Below the pieces are notes generated by a model. The model was not told the origin of the DNA. It saw only the letters and a program-made list of their open reading frames with translations, and ran no database searches. A program made the translations under genes and the position numbers. This document shows positions 38,523 through 51,100 of a stretch of 64,000 nt of DNA, piece by piece; position 1 is the stretch's first letter; every line of letters begins with the position of its first letter. The DNA is taken from positions 996 to 64,995 of the forward strand of contig JAQUHK010000002.1 of assembly GCA_028683655.1 (NCBI GenBank), in the 5' to 3' direction. The stretch is from Alphaproteobacteria bacterium (GTDB taxonomy: Bacteria; Pseudomonadota; Alphaproteobacteria; UBA9219).

Positions 38523-38851
38523 GTGTTAGTTCCATTCTGAATGGCAAAAGCATTTCATAAACTAACTTATTTAATCCAGATTCGCAGTAAGTTGTTTCAG
38601 AATGAACCAGCATATCCCCTGTTGTCTCATCCCGCATAGCAGGCAAAAAATAGGCAAAAACGACAAAACAGCCCTGAGGAGGATATATTTATCTGATTCT
38701 GTTGGTGTCTCCTACGGGATTCAAGCTTTCGGCCCCGAGTTTAGGAAACTAGAGGGCGTCCCTCATGTGGATATACATTTCAATAACGCGTTAACGATTT
38801 AACTCGCACGGAGACTCGCACAAACGAAAAATGAGTGATGTCGGAGGGTAT

Positions 38852-38916
38852 CTAACCCCTTGAAAAGCGTGGTGGGTGCGACAGGGATTGAACCTGTGAC
38901 CCCTACCGTGTGAAGG
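38852..38916. repeat. Direct repeat copy 2 of tRNA-Val 3' half (junction between islands A and B)
   Basis: 65-nt match to 59031..59095. Confidence 0.8.
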
Positions 38917-39097
38917 GTTTAAAAGTCAACACATACAGTAAGTTAGCACCCATTTCTTGATGAAGTTGTCGCATATTTTACACATAATCACACTGATTGT
39001 GTTTTACTGAAACACGGGCCCCATTCCGTCAGGTACTATCTAGCTATACTACTAACCAACGGGTTTAATGGGATAAATTACCATAACCTGTTTAACG

Positions 39098-41377
39098 TTA
39101 ACTAGCTTTAACAATACGCAATGTTCGTTTAGTAAAACCAGTCAGCTCTGTAGCATCAATGGATTCTGGTATTGTATCTGTCACGTTTTCACCATGGTGA
39201 TATTGCTTAGTATAATCGTTTATCTGATCCAACTCATCGTAAAGACCGGCAGCTGGGTGGATATCTCCACCTGCACGAATTTTTCCGACAATGTCACCAA
39301 GCCAATCTGAGTCCACGAATTGCACCGGATACGTGGTGCGCATATAGGTTTCCAAAACAGTCCGCATTTTACGGATGATGTCGATATGCTGACCTGCACC
39401 AGACGTTATAAACGCTTGTAGGTCATCTGTATCGGTTGCGGTGCGACCCTGACAGGCTTTTTCTAAGTCATGCGGCAGAATTTTGACGCCTTGCTTCTTG
39501 TTATCCGCCAGAATGATGGAGGCCCTATCAGAGGGTTGGCATTTATCCCAAAGCTGTTTGAGGAATGTCGGGTCGTGCGATAGCACAATCACCTGTGCAC
39601 ATAGACGGCCAACCTTGATGATCTCGTGGATGGTCTGCCTGCGACGGAAAGCATCCTGGCTGTTAAAGGGATCATCAAAAATGATAATTTTCCGTGCAAG
39701 CCCTGGGTCGCGTTCCAGATGCGCTAAGAAAAAGGCCAGAGCCAGCGTCGAGCGATCGCCTGCGCTCAAGGTGTTTTTGAAACTCGGTGTATTCGAAGGG
39801 GTGTTGCCGTTGCCGATGTCGATTTTCGTTCCGTTGATACCGAGTTGATAGGTTGATGTGGCGGAACCGCCTAAATAGCTGTGCTTCGTCTCTGCAATTG
39901 AAAAATCAGCATTAAAAGCTTCTAGAAATTCATTGATCCGCGCCTGATAGGGAGCGATGACTGTCTGTGTGTGGTTGTTAAGTTGATTCCTGATAACTTT
40001 CTTTTGAGTTTCAATATCGGCTTGCTCTGTTACTAGCTTTTTATATGCGACACAAAGAGGAACGACGGCGGCACTGAAGCGGGACTTGTTGAGCTTCAGC
40101 CTATTTAATTCTGCTGTGGTTGCAGGCAAGTCAGCCGTTCCAGCGGCGGTTTTTTGGTTTGAGACAAGAACGTTGGCGGCATCAACGGCCTTATTAAATG
40201 ATGAGATTTTGGATTTCATCACCTCATAGGTGGCAAGCGCCTGTAAAAATGTCTGATCGGTTTCAATAGCCTCCAACGGGGCATGTGCTTTCTTGTCTAT
40301 CAGTGCAGTAGCGGCTGTGCGCAGATCTGTGATTGCTTGTGCTAAATCGGGATGAATCTGCAATTCGTGCTGATCTAGAGCACAATATTTAGCCCAGTAC
40401 TCAATTGCGGCCCCGTGGTTTGCGTTGAAGGTTTCCAACTTAGCAAGAGCCGTATCGCCCATATTTAGCTCGATGCTATCCTTCGCTGCTTTGATGTCAC
40501 GGCGCAGTGTTTTGTACCTCTCGCTGAAGACGGATTTATAGGCCGCGATCAATGGAATATCCTTTGTGCCCTGACCGCAGAATGGGCAGGACTCTCCCGC
40601 ATGGTCGATCTGTTGCACGGCCCAACTCACGCCGTCTTTGGTTGTCATACCATGGGTGGTAAAATGAGTTTTAATCTGCTGTTCCGCATCCGTAGCGATA
40701 TCGTCGATTGTCCTGGCCAGAAGGTCGATGAAGCTGGTCGGCAATTCAGGAACGATGACTTTAGACAGTGGATTGCGTGCCTTGATGGCGGCAGATTCCT
40801 TTACGGCACTAAGCGTTTTCTCCTGTGCAGCAATTTTATGGTCAATATCGTCAATCTGCTGAAGAGAAAGGAAATCGTCTAGCTTCATGTTGCCTATATG
40901 CGGCTTTATGGCATTTGCCGCATTTTTCACTTCCGTCGTTTTCTTGCGGCCATCTTCGGCAAGGGCCTTTTCCTTCTCGGCCAAAGCAACACCAGCATCG
41001 CCAATAATTACACGATACAAGTTTCGCTTCTGGTCGCTGTCGACTACATCGCCGGAATGGACGTTCTGGGCTACAAAGGCACTATCAAAAATGGCAAGTT
41101 CCGGCCTAGCCGCATCCCAGGATGTTCCATTGAACGTTACAAGGCCGCTGCTGGTCAGAAGCTCGACAGAGGCAGCGTCAGTCACGCCCAAGGTCTTGCG
41201 TCCGATTACATGGGCAGGGTCATTCTCCTTCACCGAGCGGAGAATGGCGCAGATTGTGGTCTTACCGTGCCCGTTTGCTCCAAAAATAAAGCTGTGCTTA
41301 GCCAGCGAAGTATCGCCGACGCCAGCAGAATTGCGGAAGCGCCCCACATTCTTGATACCGACAATCTTTTTCAGCAT
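39098..41377 (-). CDS. Rad50/SMC-like AAA ATPase with central CxxC zinc-hook; RloC-like putative anticodon nuclease / abortive-infection ATPase
   Basis: Walker A GANGHGKTT; long coiled-coil; central CPFCGQG; Walker B IIIFDDPFNSQD. Confidence 0.5.
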   Translation of the reverse strand: MLKKIVGIKNVGRFRNSAGVGDTSLAKHSFIFGANGHGKTTICAILRSVKENDPAHVIGRKTLGVTDAASVELLTSSGLVTFNGTSWDAARPELAIFDSAFVAQNVHSGDVVDSDQKRNLYRVIIGDAGVALAEKEKALAEDGRKKTTEVKNAANAIKPHIGNMKLDDFLSLQQIDDIDHKIAAQEKTLSAVKESAAIKARNPLSKVIVPELPTSFIDLLARTIDDIATDAEQQIKTHFTTHGMTTKDGVSWAVQQIDHAGESCPFCGQGTKDIPLIAAYKSVFSERYKTLRRDIKAAKDSIELNMGDTALAKLETFNANHGAAIEYWAKYCALDQHELQIHPDLAQAITDLRTAATALIDKKAHAPLEAIETDQTFLQALATYEVMKSKISSFNKAVDAANVLVSNQKTAAGTADLPATTAELNRLKLNKSRFSAAVVPLCVAYKKLVTEQADIETQKKVIRNQLNNHTQTVIAPYQARINEFLEAFNADFSIAETKHSYLGGSATSTYQLGINGTKIDIGNGNTPSNTPSFKNTLSAGDRSTLALAFFLAHLERDPGLARKIIIFDDPFNSQDAFRRRQTIHEIIKVGRLCAQVIVLSHDPTFLKQLWDKCQPSDRASIILADNKKQGVKILPHDLEKACQGRTATDTDDLQAFITSGAGQHIDIIRKMRTVLETYMRTTYPVQFVDSDWLGDIVGKIRAGGDIHPAAGLYDELDQINDYTKQYHHGENVTDTIPESIDATELTGFTKRTLRIVKAS

Positions 41378-41397
41378 TACGCCTCCTTTGCTTTCTC

Positions 41398-44300
41398 CTA
41401 CGCCACCGCTTTCACCCCAATCACATCCATCAGCTTGCCGTAGCTGTCGACTACGTCGTACTTAACCTTGTCCTTTTCGATCTTCACGTTGATCTTATCG
41501 AAGAATTTGCGGGCGCATTCGATCTTCTTCTTCTCGATCTCGCGCAACTCCATGGACGACATGCTGCCCTTCGTTTCGGCGACGAAGTAGATATATTTGA
41601 CCTTACCCTCGGTAAAGGAGATGGCCCAATCGGGGTTATAGTCGCCCACAGGCGTAGGTATCAGGAAGCCACGCGGCAGCTTTGCATAGACGACAACCTC
41701 GGTGCTGGTGTCCAGTTCGCGCACAAAAGCGCGCTCGTTTTTGGAATCCGTGATAACGTAGTCGTAAATATGCTTCTTAAGCTTCTCGCTGGCCTTCGTG
41801 AAGTCCTGACGATTTTGTCCTGCGGTAAAGATGCTGGTGTCATAAGTTCCCGCTACTTCATCATAGGCAAGCTTCTCGACGATAATGGTAGCCTTCTGCT
41901 CATTGATCAGACGCGAGGCTTCGGCGATAAACTGTTCGGGGTTCTGTTTGAACTGCTCGAAAACAACCTTTTCTATGCCGCCCAGGATATCTGCCAGTGT
42001 TTTGCGGGTCAGGTGAACATTCTCGGCGATTTTGCCCAGCAGATCATATTTGACCGATGAAGCGATGGAAGCGTTTAATACGCCCGTTTCTGTATTCTTG
42101 AGCGTAAAGCCTTCGCCATCAGCAAGCTGAGCGTCGGTGATTTGGTCGCCCTGAATGCCGGCATGGATGGTGTATTGAAGAGGCGAGACTTTAAGCTCGC
42201 TGTTCAAGGTTGAAACGCATTTGCCGACAAGCTCGGTTGAGTCGAAATCAACACGATAGACAGCGCGCTTGTTGATCCGCGCCCACAATTCCTGAAACTC
42301 TTTCTTGTTGAAATTGTCGTTGAGTGGGTTCGGCTTGGGCTTTCGGTCGTCTCCAGGTTGGGGCAACTGGGATTCACTAAACACGCTGTCGATCAGGGCG
42401 ATAATGCCTGCCTCATGTGGTTTCAGATCGTCAGGAAGAGCCGCAAGCGTGCCGTCAGCCTTGGCCTTATGATAGGCTTCAGTGATCTTGTCATCCGTGT
42501 CCGTATAGTCGTTTTTGACAAGCCAGCGTTCGATTTGCTTCGCTAACGCCGCCGTGATCTCTAATGTACCGCCGTCTGCGGTCGGAATAATCTTGCCCGT
42601 AAAGTACTCTTCGTTGGCCTGGCGCGGGCGGGCAGAAAGAGAGTCGCTGATTTCTCGCTGAAGGTTGCCGACGAAGTCTTTGTAGCTCTCGCTTGCGACG
42701 ACAGTAAGAATGTTGATCTCATGCACCGTGGCGGGGTGATCCATGCGTTCACCGTTCTGGTTGACGGAGAGACGTAGGCCGCGACCCACTTCCTGACGGC
42801 GTGAGATAGTGTTATCGCTGTGCTTGAGCATGCACATGATAAAGACATTAGGGTTGTCCCAACCTTCGCGCAGGGCAGAGTGGGAGAAGATGAACCGCAC
42901 GGGCTCATCAAAAGAAAGAAGCCGTTCTTTGTCTTTCAGGATTAAATCATAGGCATCAACGTCATTGGACAACCCTGCGTTATCTCCACGAGCCTCAACA
43001 TCAGGGTCTTTGAGGTGTTTGGTTTTCTTGTCGATAGAAAAATATCCGGCATGGGTCGATGATGCGTCGATGCCCTCAAGATGCTTGCGCCAGTCGTGAT
43101 CATCCAACGCCAGTGTGCCCAGATATTCCTGCTTCGCGTTTTCGTATTCTTCTTCGAAAATTCGGGCATATTCGCCTTTTTCGTCATCGCGGCCATAGTC
43201 GCGGTACTTCACCACTTCATCGATGAAGAACAGTGACAAGACCTTGATCCCCTGCGTGAACAGTGCAGCTTCTTTTTCAAGGTGCGCTTTGATTGTTTCA
43301 CGGATTTGAATGCGGCGAATGGCGGCCTCGGTTACGTCGCCCGTGGCATCGCCCACCGTCAGAACTTCGCCGTTGGTAAATTCAACGGTATCTTGCGTGT
43401 AGTCGATCTGCGAGACTACGAAGCCCTTGTACTGGTCAAGGCTGCCTGAGAGGTCGTAAAGGTTGTCGCCCTTGTTCAAGCGTTTGACGACTCGTTTGAT
43501 CCCGCCAGTCTGCTTGATTTCCATCTCTACCTTAGCGACAGGCGGGGCGTTCTTCGAGATTTGAATGGATTCCAGATATAGGTAGGCATTCGTTCCCGCC
43601 AACCCTCTAACGGTCAGACCACGCACGGCGATCTTCTTGACTAGCTTTTGGTTATAGGCGTCCAGAGCGTCCAAGCGATGCACCTTATTATGCTCAACCT
43701 TATGAGTAGCCGAATAGCGTAGGATCATAAGCGGCTTGAACTTTGGCAGGGCATCCATTGTTGCCTTGCCGCCCATCTTTTGCGGTTCGTCAAGGATCAG
43801 GATCGGGCGATTGCTGGCAATAACATCAATGGGCTTGCGCGACTGAAAGTCGTCCAATTCATCATAAATACGTCTGTTATCTGCTCCCTTTGCATTAAAC
43901 GCCTGAATGTTGATGATCATGACATTAATGCCCGCATCGGAAGAGAAGCTCTCCAGATGATGTAGCTGCTTGGAATTATAGATAAAGAACCGCACTTTCT
44001 TGCCGTAGGCTTCCGTGAAGTGATCGGCGGTGATTTCAAATGATTTATAGACCCCTTCGCGGATAGCGATGCTGGGAACCATGACGATAAACTTGTTCCA
44101 ACCATATCGCTTGTTCATTTCGAAGATGGTTTTGATATAGCAGTAGGTTTTGCCCGTACCTGTTTCCATCTCCATGTCGAGATTGATTTTACATCCAGCA
44201 CTGACCGCAAGATGGTCGGACAAAGGCAGGTTCTGGCGTTTCTGCACGGCATGAATGTTCTGGATCAGCTGCGTTTCGGTCAAGCGAAGGTCGGCGTTTC

Positions 44301-44466
44301 TAAACCCTTCATATTCGGACTCTGGCCGGTAATGCTCACCTTTCTTTATGATACCGGGGTCAATGCGATAGGACGCGCCCGTCACAAGGGGCTGCCCCGC
44401 AAAGCAATCCACCACGGATTCCACGGCATTGGTCTGATAGGGCTGGACTTTAAATTTGAGCTTCAT
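41398..44466 (-). CDS. res: Type III restriction enzyme Res subunit (SF2 helicase plus C-terminal PD-ExK nuclease)
   Basis: [16 protein letters not shown]-box-like; C-terminal [10 protein letters not shown] endonuclease motif; N-term [11 protein letters not shown]. Confidence 0.8.
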   Translation of the reverse strand: MKLKFKVQPYQTNAVESVVDCFAGQPLVTGASYRIDPGIIKKGEHYRPESEYEGFRNADLRLTETQLIQNIHAVQKRQNLPLSDHLAVSAGCKINLDMEMETGTGKTYCYIKTIFEMNKRYGWNKFIVMVPSIAIREGVYKSFEITADHFTEAYGKKVRFFIYNSKQLHHLESFSSDAGINVMIINIQAFNAKGADNRRIYDELDDFQSRKPIDVIASNRPILILDEPQKMGGKATMDALPKFKPLMILRYSATHKVEHNKVHRLDALDAYNQKLVKKIAVRGLTVRGLAGTNAYLYLESIQISKNAPPVAKVEMEIKQTGGIKRVVKRLNKGDNLYDLSGSLDQYKGFVVSQIDYTQDTVEFTNGEVLTVGDATGDVTEAAIRRIQIRETIKAHLEKEAALFTQGIKVLSLFFIDEVVKYRDYGRDDEKGEYARIFEEEYENAKQEYLGTLALDDHDWRKHLEGIDASSTHAGYFSIDKKTKHLKDPDVEARGDNAGLSNDVDAYDLILKDKERLLSFDEPVRFIFSHSALREGWDNPNVFIMCMLKHSDNTISRRQEVGRGLRLSVNQNGERMDHPATVHEINILTVVASESYKDFVGNLQREISDSLSARPRQANEEYFTGKIIPTADGGTLEITAALAKQIERWLVKNDYTDTDDKITEAYHKAKADGTLAALPDDLKPHEAGIIALIDSVFSESQLPQPGDDRKPKPNPLNDNFNKKEFQELWARINKRAVYRVDFDSTELVGKCVSTLNSELKVSPLQYTIHAGIQGDQITDAQLADGEGFTLKNTETGVLNASIASSVKYDLLGKIAENVHLTRKTLADILGGIEKVVFEQFKQNPEQFIAEASRLINEQKATIIVEKLAYDEVAGTYDTSIFTAGQNRQDFTKASEKLKKHIYDYVITDSKNERAFVRELDTSTEVVVYAKLPRGFLIPTPVGDYNPDWAISFTEGKVKYIYFVAETKGSMSSMELREIEKKKIECARKFFDKINVKIEKDKVKYDVVDSYGKLMDVIGVKAVA

Positions 44467-44485
44467 GTTTGACTATCCAGTGGGT

Positions 44486-45535
44486 TCATAGTTTCCAACG
44501 TCTTTTGGGCGGCTTCTGTTTGCACAAGTCGAGCAATTCAGAGAAGCGACTTGGATCTATGGCTTGCCGCACTATCTCAAAAATAAATTTTTGTGGTTTT
44601 CTTGTTTTTTGGAAAACAAGAACGCATGGGCGGCTTCTATATTCAAGTTCGCTGATAGTAAGACGAGCTGTAGAGTTTTTGTTATGAGTAAATGTTAGTG
44701 ATCGCTGTTCTTTCGTAGCCATGTTTTCTAGTGTCAGCTCAATAGAACTTCCGACCTCGCCACCTAATCCAAAAAACCTTTGTGCGGCGTCCAACGGAAT
44801 TTGAATCTGACGACCCTCATTACTGGTTTCCCTAGGCATAACCTCCAGAATCATTTCTCCGCTACTGACCTTCGCGGTTCGCGGACCACGGCTAGTGGAC
44901 GACTTGGTTTTCTTTTTGCCACTGGTTCGCATTGACCATGTAAATGTTCCACCTTGAGAAATTTTTGCCCTTTTTTCGCCGTGTTTTTCCTTTTCAGTCC
45001 TGTAACTCTTTAGTAACTGGGGAGTGGCCAGCTCGCTAGCCTTATGAATTTCTTCATGCCAGCGCAGGAGATTGGCATCAGCCTTGGTAATTTTTGTGAC
45101 AGAAGCGAACTCGATGTTGTTCGCTAATCCGTCTTCTGTCAGGTTGTTGCTTCCGGACAGAATAGTGATGCTTGTTCCCCCCGAAAACCAGATGACTTTA
45201 GGATGGAATGTACCTGTGTAGTGGCGCATGAGACGAACTTCCATTCCGTCTCCCTGCATGGCTGCTATCGCATCAGCATCGGTAAGTGCGTGGTCGGTTC
45301 CGATATATGCTGTGACGGAACGATTTGAGGATTTACTCCAGCTCAATATGCTGCTGCGGAGCCGTCTCCATCCTGCGACAGTTACAGCGTAAAAATACAA
45401 TCTCAGTTGGGTCGAACTTGTTTCCGTACGACACAGGTTGATAGCCGCATCAAGAAAATCGGTAACGGCCCACGCCGCAGTTCTCATGGTAGGAGCTGGG
45501 CTTGTTAGGTCTACGGATTTGCGCCTAGCAATCAT
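44486..45535 (-). CDS. Phospholipase D-family nuclease (HKD motif)
   Basis: FHPKVIWFSGGTSITILSGSNNLT matches HxK(x)4D(x)6GSxN. Confidence 0.65.
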   Translation of the reverse strand: MIARRKSVDLTSPAPTMRTAAWAVTDFLDAAINLCRTETSSTQLRLYFYAVTVAGWRRLRSSILSWSKSSNRSVTAYIGTDHALTDADAIAAMQGDGMEVRLMRHYTGTFHPKVIWFSGGTSITILSGSNNLTEDGLANNIEFASVTKITKADANLLRWHEEIHKASELATPQLLKSYRTEKEKHGEKRAKISQGGTFTWSMRTSGKKKTKSSTSRGPRTAKVSSGEMILEVMPRETSNEGRQIQIPLDAAQRFFGLGGEVGSSIELTLENMATKEQRSLTFTHNKNSTARLTISELEYRSRPCVLVFQKTRKPQKFIFEIVRQAIDPSRFSELLDLCKQKPPKRRWKL

Positions 45536-47463
45536 ATGACTTTGACCTCTGTGACTGGGGAAATCTGCTTGAAGATTTGATCAACATTAATCTTCACTGC
45601 ATCGTTGGCAAAGCCGTTATCGCGGAAAACCACCCTCAGCGGCTTACGCGCGGCCAGTTCTTTCACAAAGTCTTCAGAAATGTCTGTATCAAAACAGGCG
45701 GCTAGCGCATTGCTGTCCACGAAATAGACTTGCTTGTTCAAAAGGGTTTCTCGCTCAATAGGGGCTGTTAGAAGGTGCGCACTTCCCCAATCAACAATTA
45801 CCTGAAAAAGCAAGTCTTCCGGTGTGCGGTCGGTTTTAACATAGCCTGTTGCGGCAACAAGCAAATTGTCCTGGTTCCAATCGTCTGGGACTCGCTTGTA
45901 AAAAGCATCATCCATGTTGGAAGTTGCGATTTTCAACACACGAAATCCGACATCTCCATTGAATAGTGGATTATCTTCTTGGATCTTCTTCCCAGCACGG
46001 CGGATGCGTTCTTTGGAAATTTCAGCAATGGTTTTGTAGCCCGCCTTGTATGCCTCAGATTTTGGATCACATTCTTCTGGCAGTTGGATCATAATGAACG
46101 TACGATTACCCCCATCCTCAGCATTAAGCCTCAGGACTGCATGAGCAGTGGTAGATGATCCTGCAAAAAAATCGACTACTATGGCATCTGGCGCATCGTA
46201 AGTAACAGCCTTGCAAAGAACGTGAATTAGGCTGGATGGCTTTGGATTATCAAATAACACTGCCCCAAACAGGCTTTCCAATTCTGAAGTTCCGTCTTCG
46301 TTCGTTCCTGATTGATATGTTTCTGGGCTAAGAAGGTTATGCATTTTCTTTACATCACCTCCCGCCTTAATGTGATTTGGACGAAATGGTGCTTTTGATA
46401 TTGTTATGGCCTCTCCTGCACGAATAATCTCATCGAGATAAGTCTGACTGTATCTAAATTCTCCTTCCAAACGAAAGGCATCGACGTTCAAATTGTCGAG
46501 CACATCGACCTTATCTAGTAAGCGCGTAATGATATTCCCCTCGCTCATGTCTTGAGGCTCATAAGAGGCCAATTTCTCAGAAAATCTAACTGATCTCGAC
46601 GGGAACGTAAGAACACCTATTGAATTGCCAGCATTATTAAGTGGGTACTTCTTTCCAGCTGTTGTGACGTCGACTGAGAATGGAGGTGCAAAGGCTCTAT
46701 TTTTGGCTACACAAACAACGTACTCAAACATAGAGCCGACATTCGAATGTAAAAAAGATGGTTTCTTTTTTCGTTGGCGAATAAACGTGGTTACAAAATT
46801 TTCTTCTCCAAATACTTCCTTGCACAATTTTAGCAAATTATCTATTTCATGCTCACCAATGCTGATAAAAACAACCCCATCATCTGACAATAAGTTTCTT
46901 GCAAGCCTTAATCTTGGATAAATAAATGACAACCAGTCAGAGTGGAATCTTCCATTGGTTTCCGAATTGGCCACCAACGGAATTCCATCTGAAGTTTTCT
47001 GGTTGCTTCGAACTTTGAATGTTTCCACATCCTCCGCAAAATCATCCTCATAGATAAAATCGTTTCCCGTATTATACGGCGGGTCGATATAGATCATCTT
47101 GATCTTGCCGAGATAGGTTTCCTGCAAGAGCTTCAAGGCTTCGAGGTTATCGCCCTCGATGAACAAGTTTTTGGTGGTGTCGAAATTGACGCTTTCGTCA
47201 CGCGCGGGGCGCAGGGTTTTGGCGATGGGTGCGTTGGCGGTGAGCAAAGCTTCGCGCTTGCCCGGCCAATTGAGATGATAGCGTTCCTGCGGCCCTTCCA
47301 CGATCTGGCCGGAGAGTTCCTGTTTCAGCAGGTCAAAATCCACCGCCAGCTTAATCGCACCTTGCGCGTCTTTCGCCTCGGTCACGCAATTCGGGAACAT
47401 CTCACGGATCCGGGCGATATGATCCTGCGTCAGGTCGTGGGTGTGCATTTTCAGTTTTTCCAT
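45532..47463 (-). CDS. mod: Type III-like N6-adenine DNA methyltransferase (Mod; beta-class)
   Basis: IYIDPPYNTGNDFIYEDDF (DPPY) precedes DFFAGSSTTAHA (FxGxG). Confidence 0.85.
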   Translation of the reverse strand: MEKLKMHTHDLTQDHIARIREMFPNCVTEAKDAQGAIKLAVDFDLLKQELSGQIVEGPQERYHLNWPGKREALLTANAPIAKTLRPARDESVNFDTTKNLFIEGDNLEALKLLQETYLGKIKMIYIDPPYNTGNDFIYEDDFAEDVETFKVRSNQKTSDGIPLVANSETNGRFHSDWLSFIYPRLRLARNLLSDDGVVFISIGEHEIDNLLKLCKEVFGEENFVTTFIRQRKKKPSFLHSNVGSMFEYVVCVAKNRAFAPPFSVDVTTAGKKYPLNNAGNSIGVLTFPSRSVRFSEKLASYEPQDMSEGNIITRLLDKVDVLDNLNVDAFRLEGEFRYSQTYLDEIIRAGEAITISKAPFRPNHIKAGGDVKKMHNLLSPETYQSGTNEDGTSELESLFGAVLFDNPKPSSLIHVLCKAVTYDAPDAIVVDFFAGSSTTAHAVLRLNAEDGGNRTFIMIQLPEECDPKSEAYKAGYKTIAEISKERIRRAGKKIQEDNPLFNGDVGFRVLKIATSNMDDAFYKRVPDDWNQDNLLVAATGYVKTDRTPEDLLFQVIVDWGSAHLLTAPIERETLLNKQVYFVDSNALAACFDTDISEDFVKELAARKPLRVVFRDNGFANDAVKINVDQIFKQISPVTEVKVI

Positions 47464-47467
47464 TGGT

Positions 47468-48157
47468 TCATTCGCTCCTTGATGTCTTGCCGGTCAAATC
47501 CGCGATCTCTTGCTGTATCGTGCGGATATTGGCATTGATTTCAACCTTGCGGTTAAACTGTTTCTCGCGGCCCAGTCGCGCTTCGGCTTTTGTGACTTCC
47601 TTCTGTCGCGCGCGGATGGCATCCACCCGCACGATATGATCGGATAGGCTTTCACCCTGTATCGCGGGATGCGGGATAATCGCCCGCAACAATTCGGCAT
47701 ACAGAGCCGCCAGATCAAGTGTGATGGGCAGAGCTGTGCGCTTTGCCTCTGCCGCAAGCCACGGCGTTTCAAAATAGCTGCTCAAGACCCACTTCGTGCT
47801 ATCGGCCTCATTCGGTCGTTTATAGCACGCCACGGCCTTGACCTTGCTGTCATAGGCCAGCTCAAACAGGATGGGAAACGGGATGGCCTTGTCGATACAG
47901 CGAAGAACGTCTTCCTTCAGCTCTCCCGTCTTGAGGGCGATGGTGAAAACCTGAATTTCCGGTACGGCCTTGGTGGCTTTGATGTTGATCGTCTCCGGTG
48001 CCAGTTTATACGCCCAGGCGATTTGATCCACCTGATCCACAAACAGCTTTTTCATTGCTGTGCTGGGGCCAGCATATTGGTAGATTTTTGTTTTAGGCAG
48101 GATGCGTCCAAAGGCGGCTTTCTGCGGATAGGCGAAGAGCGTCATGCGGTTATTCAT
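47468..48157 (-). CDS. Hypothetical protein linking the SNF2 helicase and Mod (229 aa)
   Basis: Short gaps to both neighbours; no motif recognised. Confidence 0.45.
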   Translation of the reverse strand: MNNRMTLFAYPQKAAFGRILPKTKIYQYAGPSTAMKKLFVDQVDQIAWAYKLAPETINIKATKAVPEIQVFTIALKTGELKEDVLRCIDKAIPFPILFELAYDSKVKAVACYKRPNEADSTKWVLSSYFETPWLAAEAKRTALPITLDLAALYAELLRAIIPHPAIQGESLSDHIVRVDAIRARQKEVTKAEARLGREKQFNRKVEINANIRTIQQEIADLTGKTSRSE

Positions 48158-51100
48158 TTTTCTTGGCCCTCCTGAATAACCAGAAAGGCGATCAGCTCAA
48201 AATCATCAAGGCCTGAGATGGCATTCACAAGTGCCGTAGTCTTGCCACCGCTGAATAGGCTGTCGAGGTCTTTTTCTTCCTTGACCTCAATCATCGAGCG
48301 GATGGCCGCACCTAGAAGGTCAGAATACGGCTTCATGTTTCGCCCGTCGTCGGTTTCGCTGTTAAACAAGCGACAGACGGTGGCGATTGGTTCGTCATAC
48401 CCTTTGCTGCTGGTGCGCACAAGGTCGAGCAACTTTTTGGCCTCGGTATGGTTGGCAATGATTTCGCCATCCTTGGCAATATAAATCAGATAATACGGAT
48501 GCAGGCGGTTTTGCTGGTTGATATTCACGCCGTTGTTGCGGTTGCGCAGTGCAAAAATGACGCCGGGCTTCAGACCAAGATCAGGCTCGGCAGAAACAAC
48601 GGCATGCATGCCCTTGGGCGCATCTTCCAGATCGCCATGCTGTTTTACGTAGTTGATCAAATCCATGCGGAAATCGTTGAGGCCAAGGTCTGTGATGGAA
48701 ACGCCTGTTTTTAAATCTTCTAACTCGATCACTTCTTCCTGCAAGCGGCGGAGCTGTTCCTTGCGGTAAGCAACTTCGCTGCTTTTGGCTGTCAAAACGT
48801 TATCGTCGCCCGTGGCTGTTACATCGGCGATGATCATGCGATTTTCAACGCGCTCTTTCAGATTGATATATTCGTCGAGCGAGATATCGGGCCAGTAATT
48901 GACAAGCTGGATGCTGGCGTTGGGGGAGCCGATACGGTCGATACGTCCGAAACGCTGGATAATGCGCACGGGGTTCCAGTGAATGTCGTAGTTGATCAGA
49001 TAGTCGCAATCCTGAAGGTTCTGGCCTTCGGAAATACAGTCTGTGCCGATCAGGATATCCAGTTCGCCCATTTCGTCGGGCATCACCAGAGTTTTTTCTT
49101 TTGATCGTGGAGAGAAGAGGGTGAGGACGGACTGATAATCATATCCTGTGCCGAGCGTTGATTTAGGCGCGCCTTGCCCCGTTACCACGGCGACGTTGAT
49201 GTCGGTTTGGATGCCTGCAATGTTTTTGTAGAGATACTGGGCTGTGTCGGCAAACGCCGTGAAGATCAAAACTTTCTTATTGCCGCCATTAATGGGGTTC
49301 GCGATCTTGCCGACGATCCGCGTTTTAAGGTCTTGGAGCTTGGCATCGTCTTCCGGTGTGATCTTGCGCATGGATTCCAGAAGCGTGTGAATTAGCTGCA
49401 AGTCGCCGTTTAGGTCGTCCTTCCAACGCGGGACATCCATGTCGGAGAGGCTGATCTTGACCTTGCCGCTGACGCTGTTACCATCGTCAAGCTCGTCGAT
49501 ATTGTCCTCGTCTCCCTCTAGACGGTCTTCTACGTCTTCAGTAAAGTCTGAGACGCCGATATCTTGTCCTGCCTCAAACTTAGCGATGGTGGTCAGTGTG
49601 TTTGTGAGCTTACCTTCCAGCGTTTCCAGCGTCAGGCGGAAGGATTCTACCGAGCTTTCCAGCCGCTTGAGCAGGTTGGTCGTCATCAACGCTTTGAGCG
49701 CGATTTCACGGTCTGCTTGTTTCAGTTTTCCACCACCACCAGATACTTCTGTATCATAAATGTCTTCATATTTTTTAAGGCGACTGGGTAGAATGTAGCT
49801 GATTGGCGCATATACTGCGAGTTTCAGTAAGGAAAGTTGGCCAAAAATATCGTTGAAACCCATCACATCGGTGCGCTGGGTCAATGGGCAATGGATGGAG
49901 ATGGGTTTCCGGCGTTCTGGGAACTTGCCAATATCCTTTGTGTCGTAGAACGTCTCGATATGCTTGCGCGAACGAGCGATGGTCACGCTGTCCAACACCT
50001 CGAAGAAATCGAAGTCAAGCTTGTCGAGAATGGCGCGGGCCGTGCGTTGTTCAGGCGGCAATTCCGACCAGGCGTTGAAAGCCGATTGCGCACGGCGGAA
50101 TATTTCCTCGATACTCCGCTTGGTTTTCAATTTTTCGTTGAGGGTGTCGGACTCACCCTCATAGGCCAGAGCTAGTTGATTTTTAAGGTCGTTGAAGCGA
50201 TTATTGACAGGGGTCGCCGAAAGCATCAGTACCTTGGTTTTAACACCCTCGCGGATGACCTTGTTCATTAGCTTCTGGTAGCGCGTCTCGCGCTCTTTGA
50301 AAACTTCATTGTTGCGGAAGTTATGGGACTCGTCGATGACAACCAGATCATAGTTGCCCCAATTCACGCGGTCGAGGCGCATGCCGAAGGATTCTCCCGA
50401 CGTGCGCGATAGGTCGGTATGGCACAGCACATCATAACCAAAGCGATCCTGCGCGAAGATATTGGTCTTGAGGTTCTTATTGTAGTTGAGCCAGTTATCG
50501 GCCAGCTTTTTCGGGCACAGCACCAGCACGGACTTATTCCGAAGCTCGTAATATTTGACGACCGCAAGGGCCGTAAATGTTTTACCCAAGCCTACACTGT
50601 CAGCAAGGATGCATCCGTTATAGGTTTCCAGTTTGTTGATGATGCCGACGGCGGCATCACGCTGGTAATTGAACAACTTTTTCCAGACTAGGCTTTCCTG
50701 ATAACCCGTGCGGTCGTTCGGTAGAACATCCTCGTTAATGTCTTCGAGGAACTCATTGAAAATGTTGTAGAGCATCTGGAAATAAATGCGCTCCGGCGCA
50801 TTCTCCTGATACACCGACTCGATGTGGTCGCAAATAGCACTAGTAACATCCTCCAACTTGGCGGGGTCGTTCCAAATCCTATTGAAAAGCTGGAGATATG
50901 TCGCGGTGTGTGCGCTGTCGCCGAAACGGTTGACAATATTGGAGACAGCATCACCTGGCTGATAACCCAAGTCCACGGCGGTAAAGCCATGCAGGGGCGC
51001 ATATGCTGTTTGCTGCTCATCATCTGCAATGCAGATAAACTGCTGCATCTGGGCCTTTGTTCGGTTTGAACGAAAGGTTGCCTTGTCTCGTATCCACTCC

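Larger units (their letters stand above)
1169..38851. mobile_element. Genomic island A: integrative mobilizable element (tyrosine integrase, MobC/relaxase, ArdC) with defense and biosynthetic cargo
   Basis: Bounded by tRNA-Val-derived direct repeats. Backbone genes 27406..35272 are paralogous to 51800..59006. Confidence 0.6.

Noticed and set aside
40601-41465. Several plus-strand ORFs (60-192 aa) inside the RloC-like and Res genes
   Set aside because: They are embedded antisense in long, motif-supported minus-strand genes.
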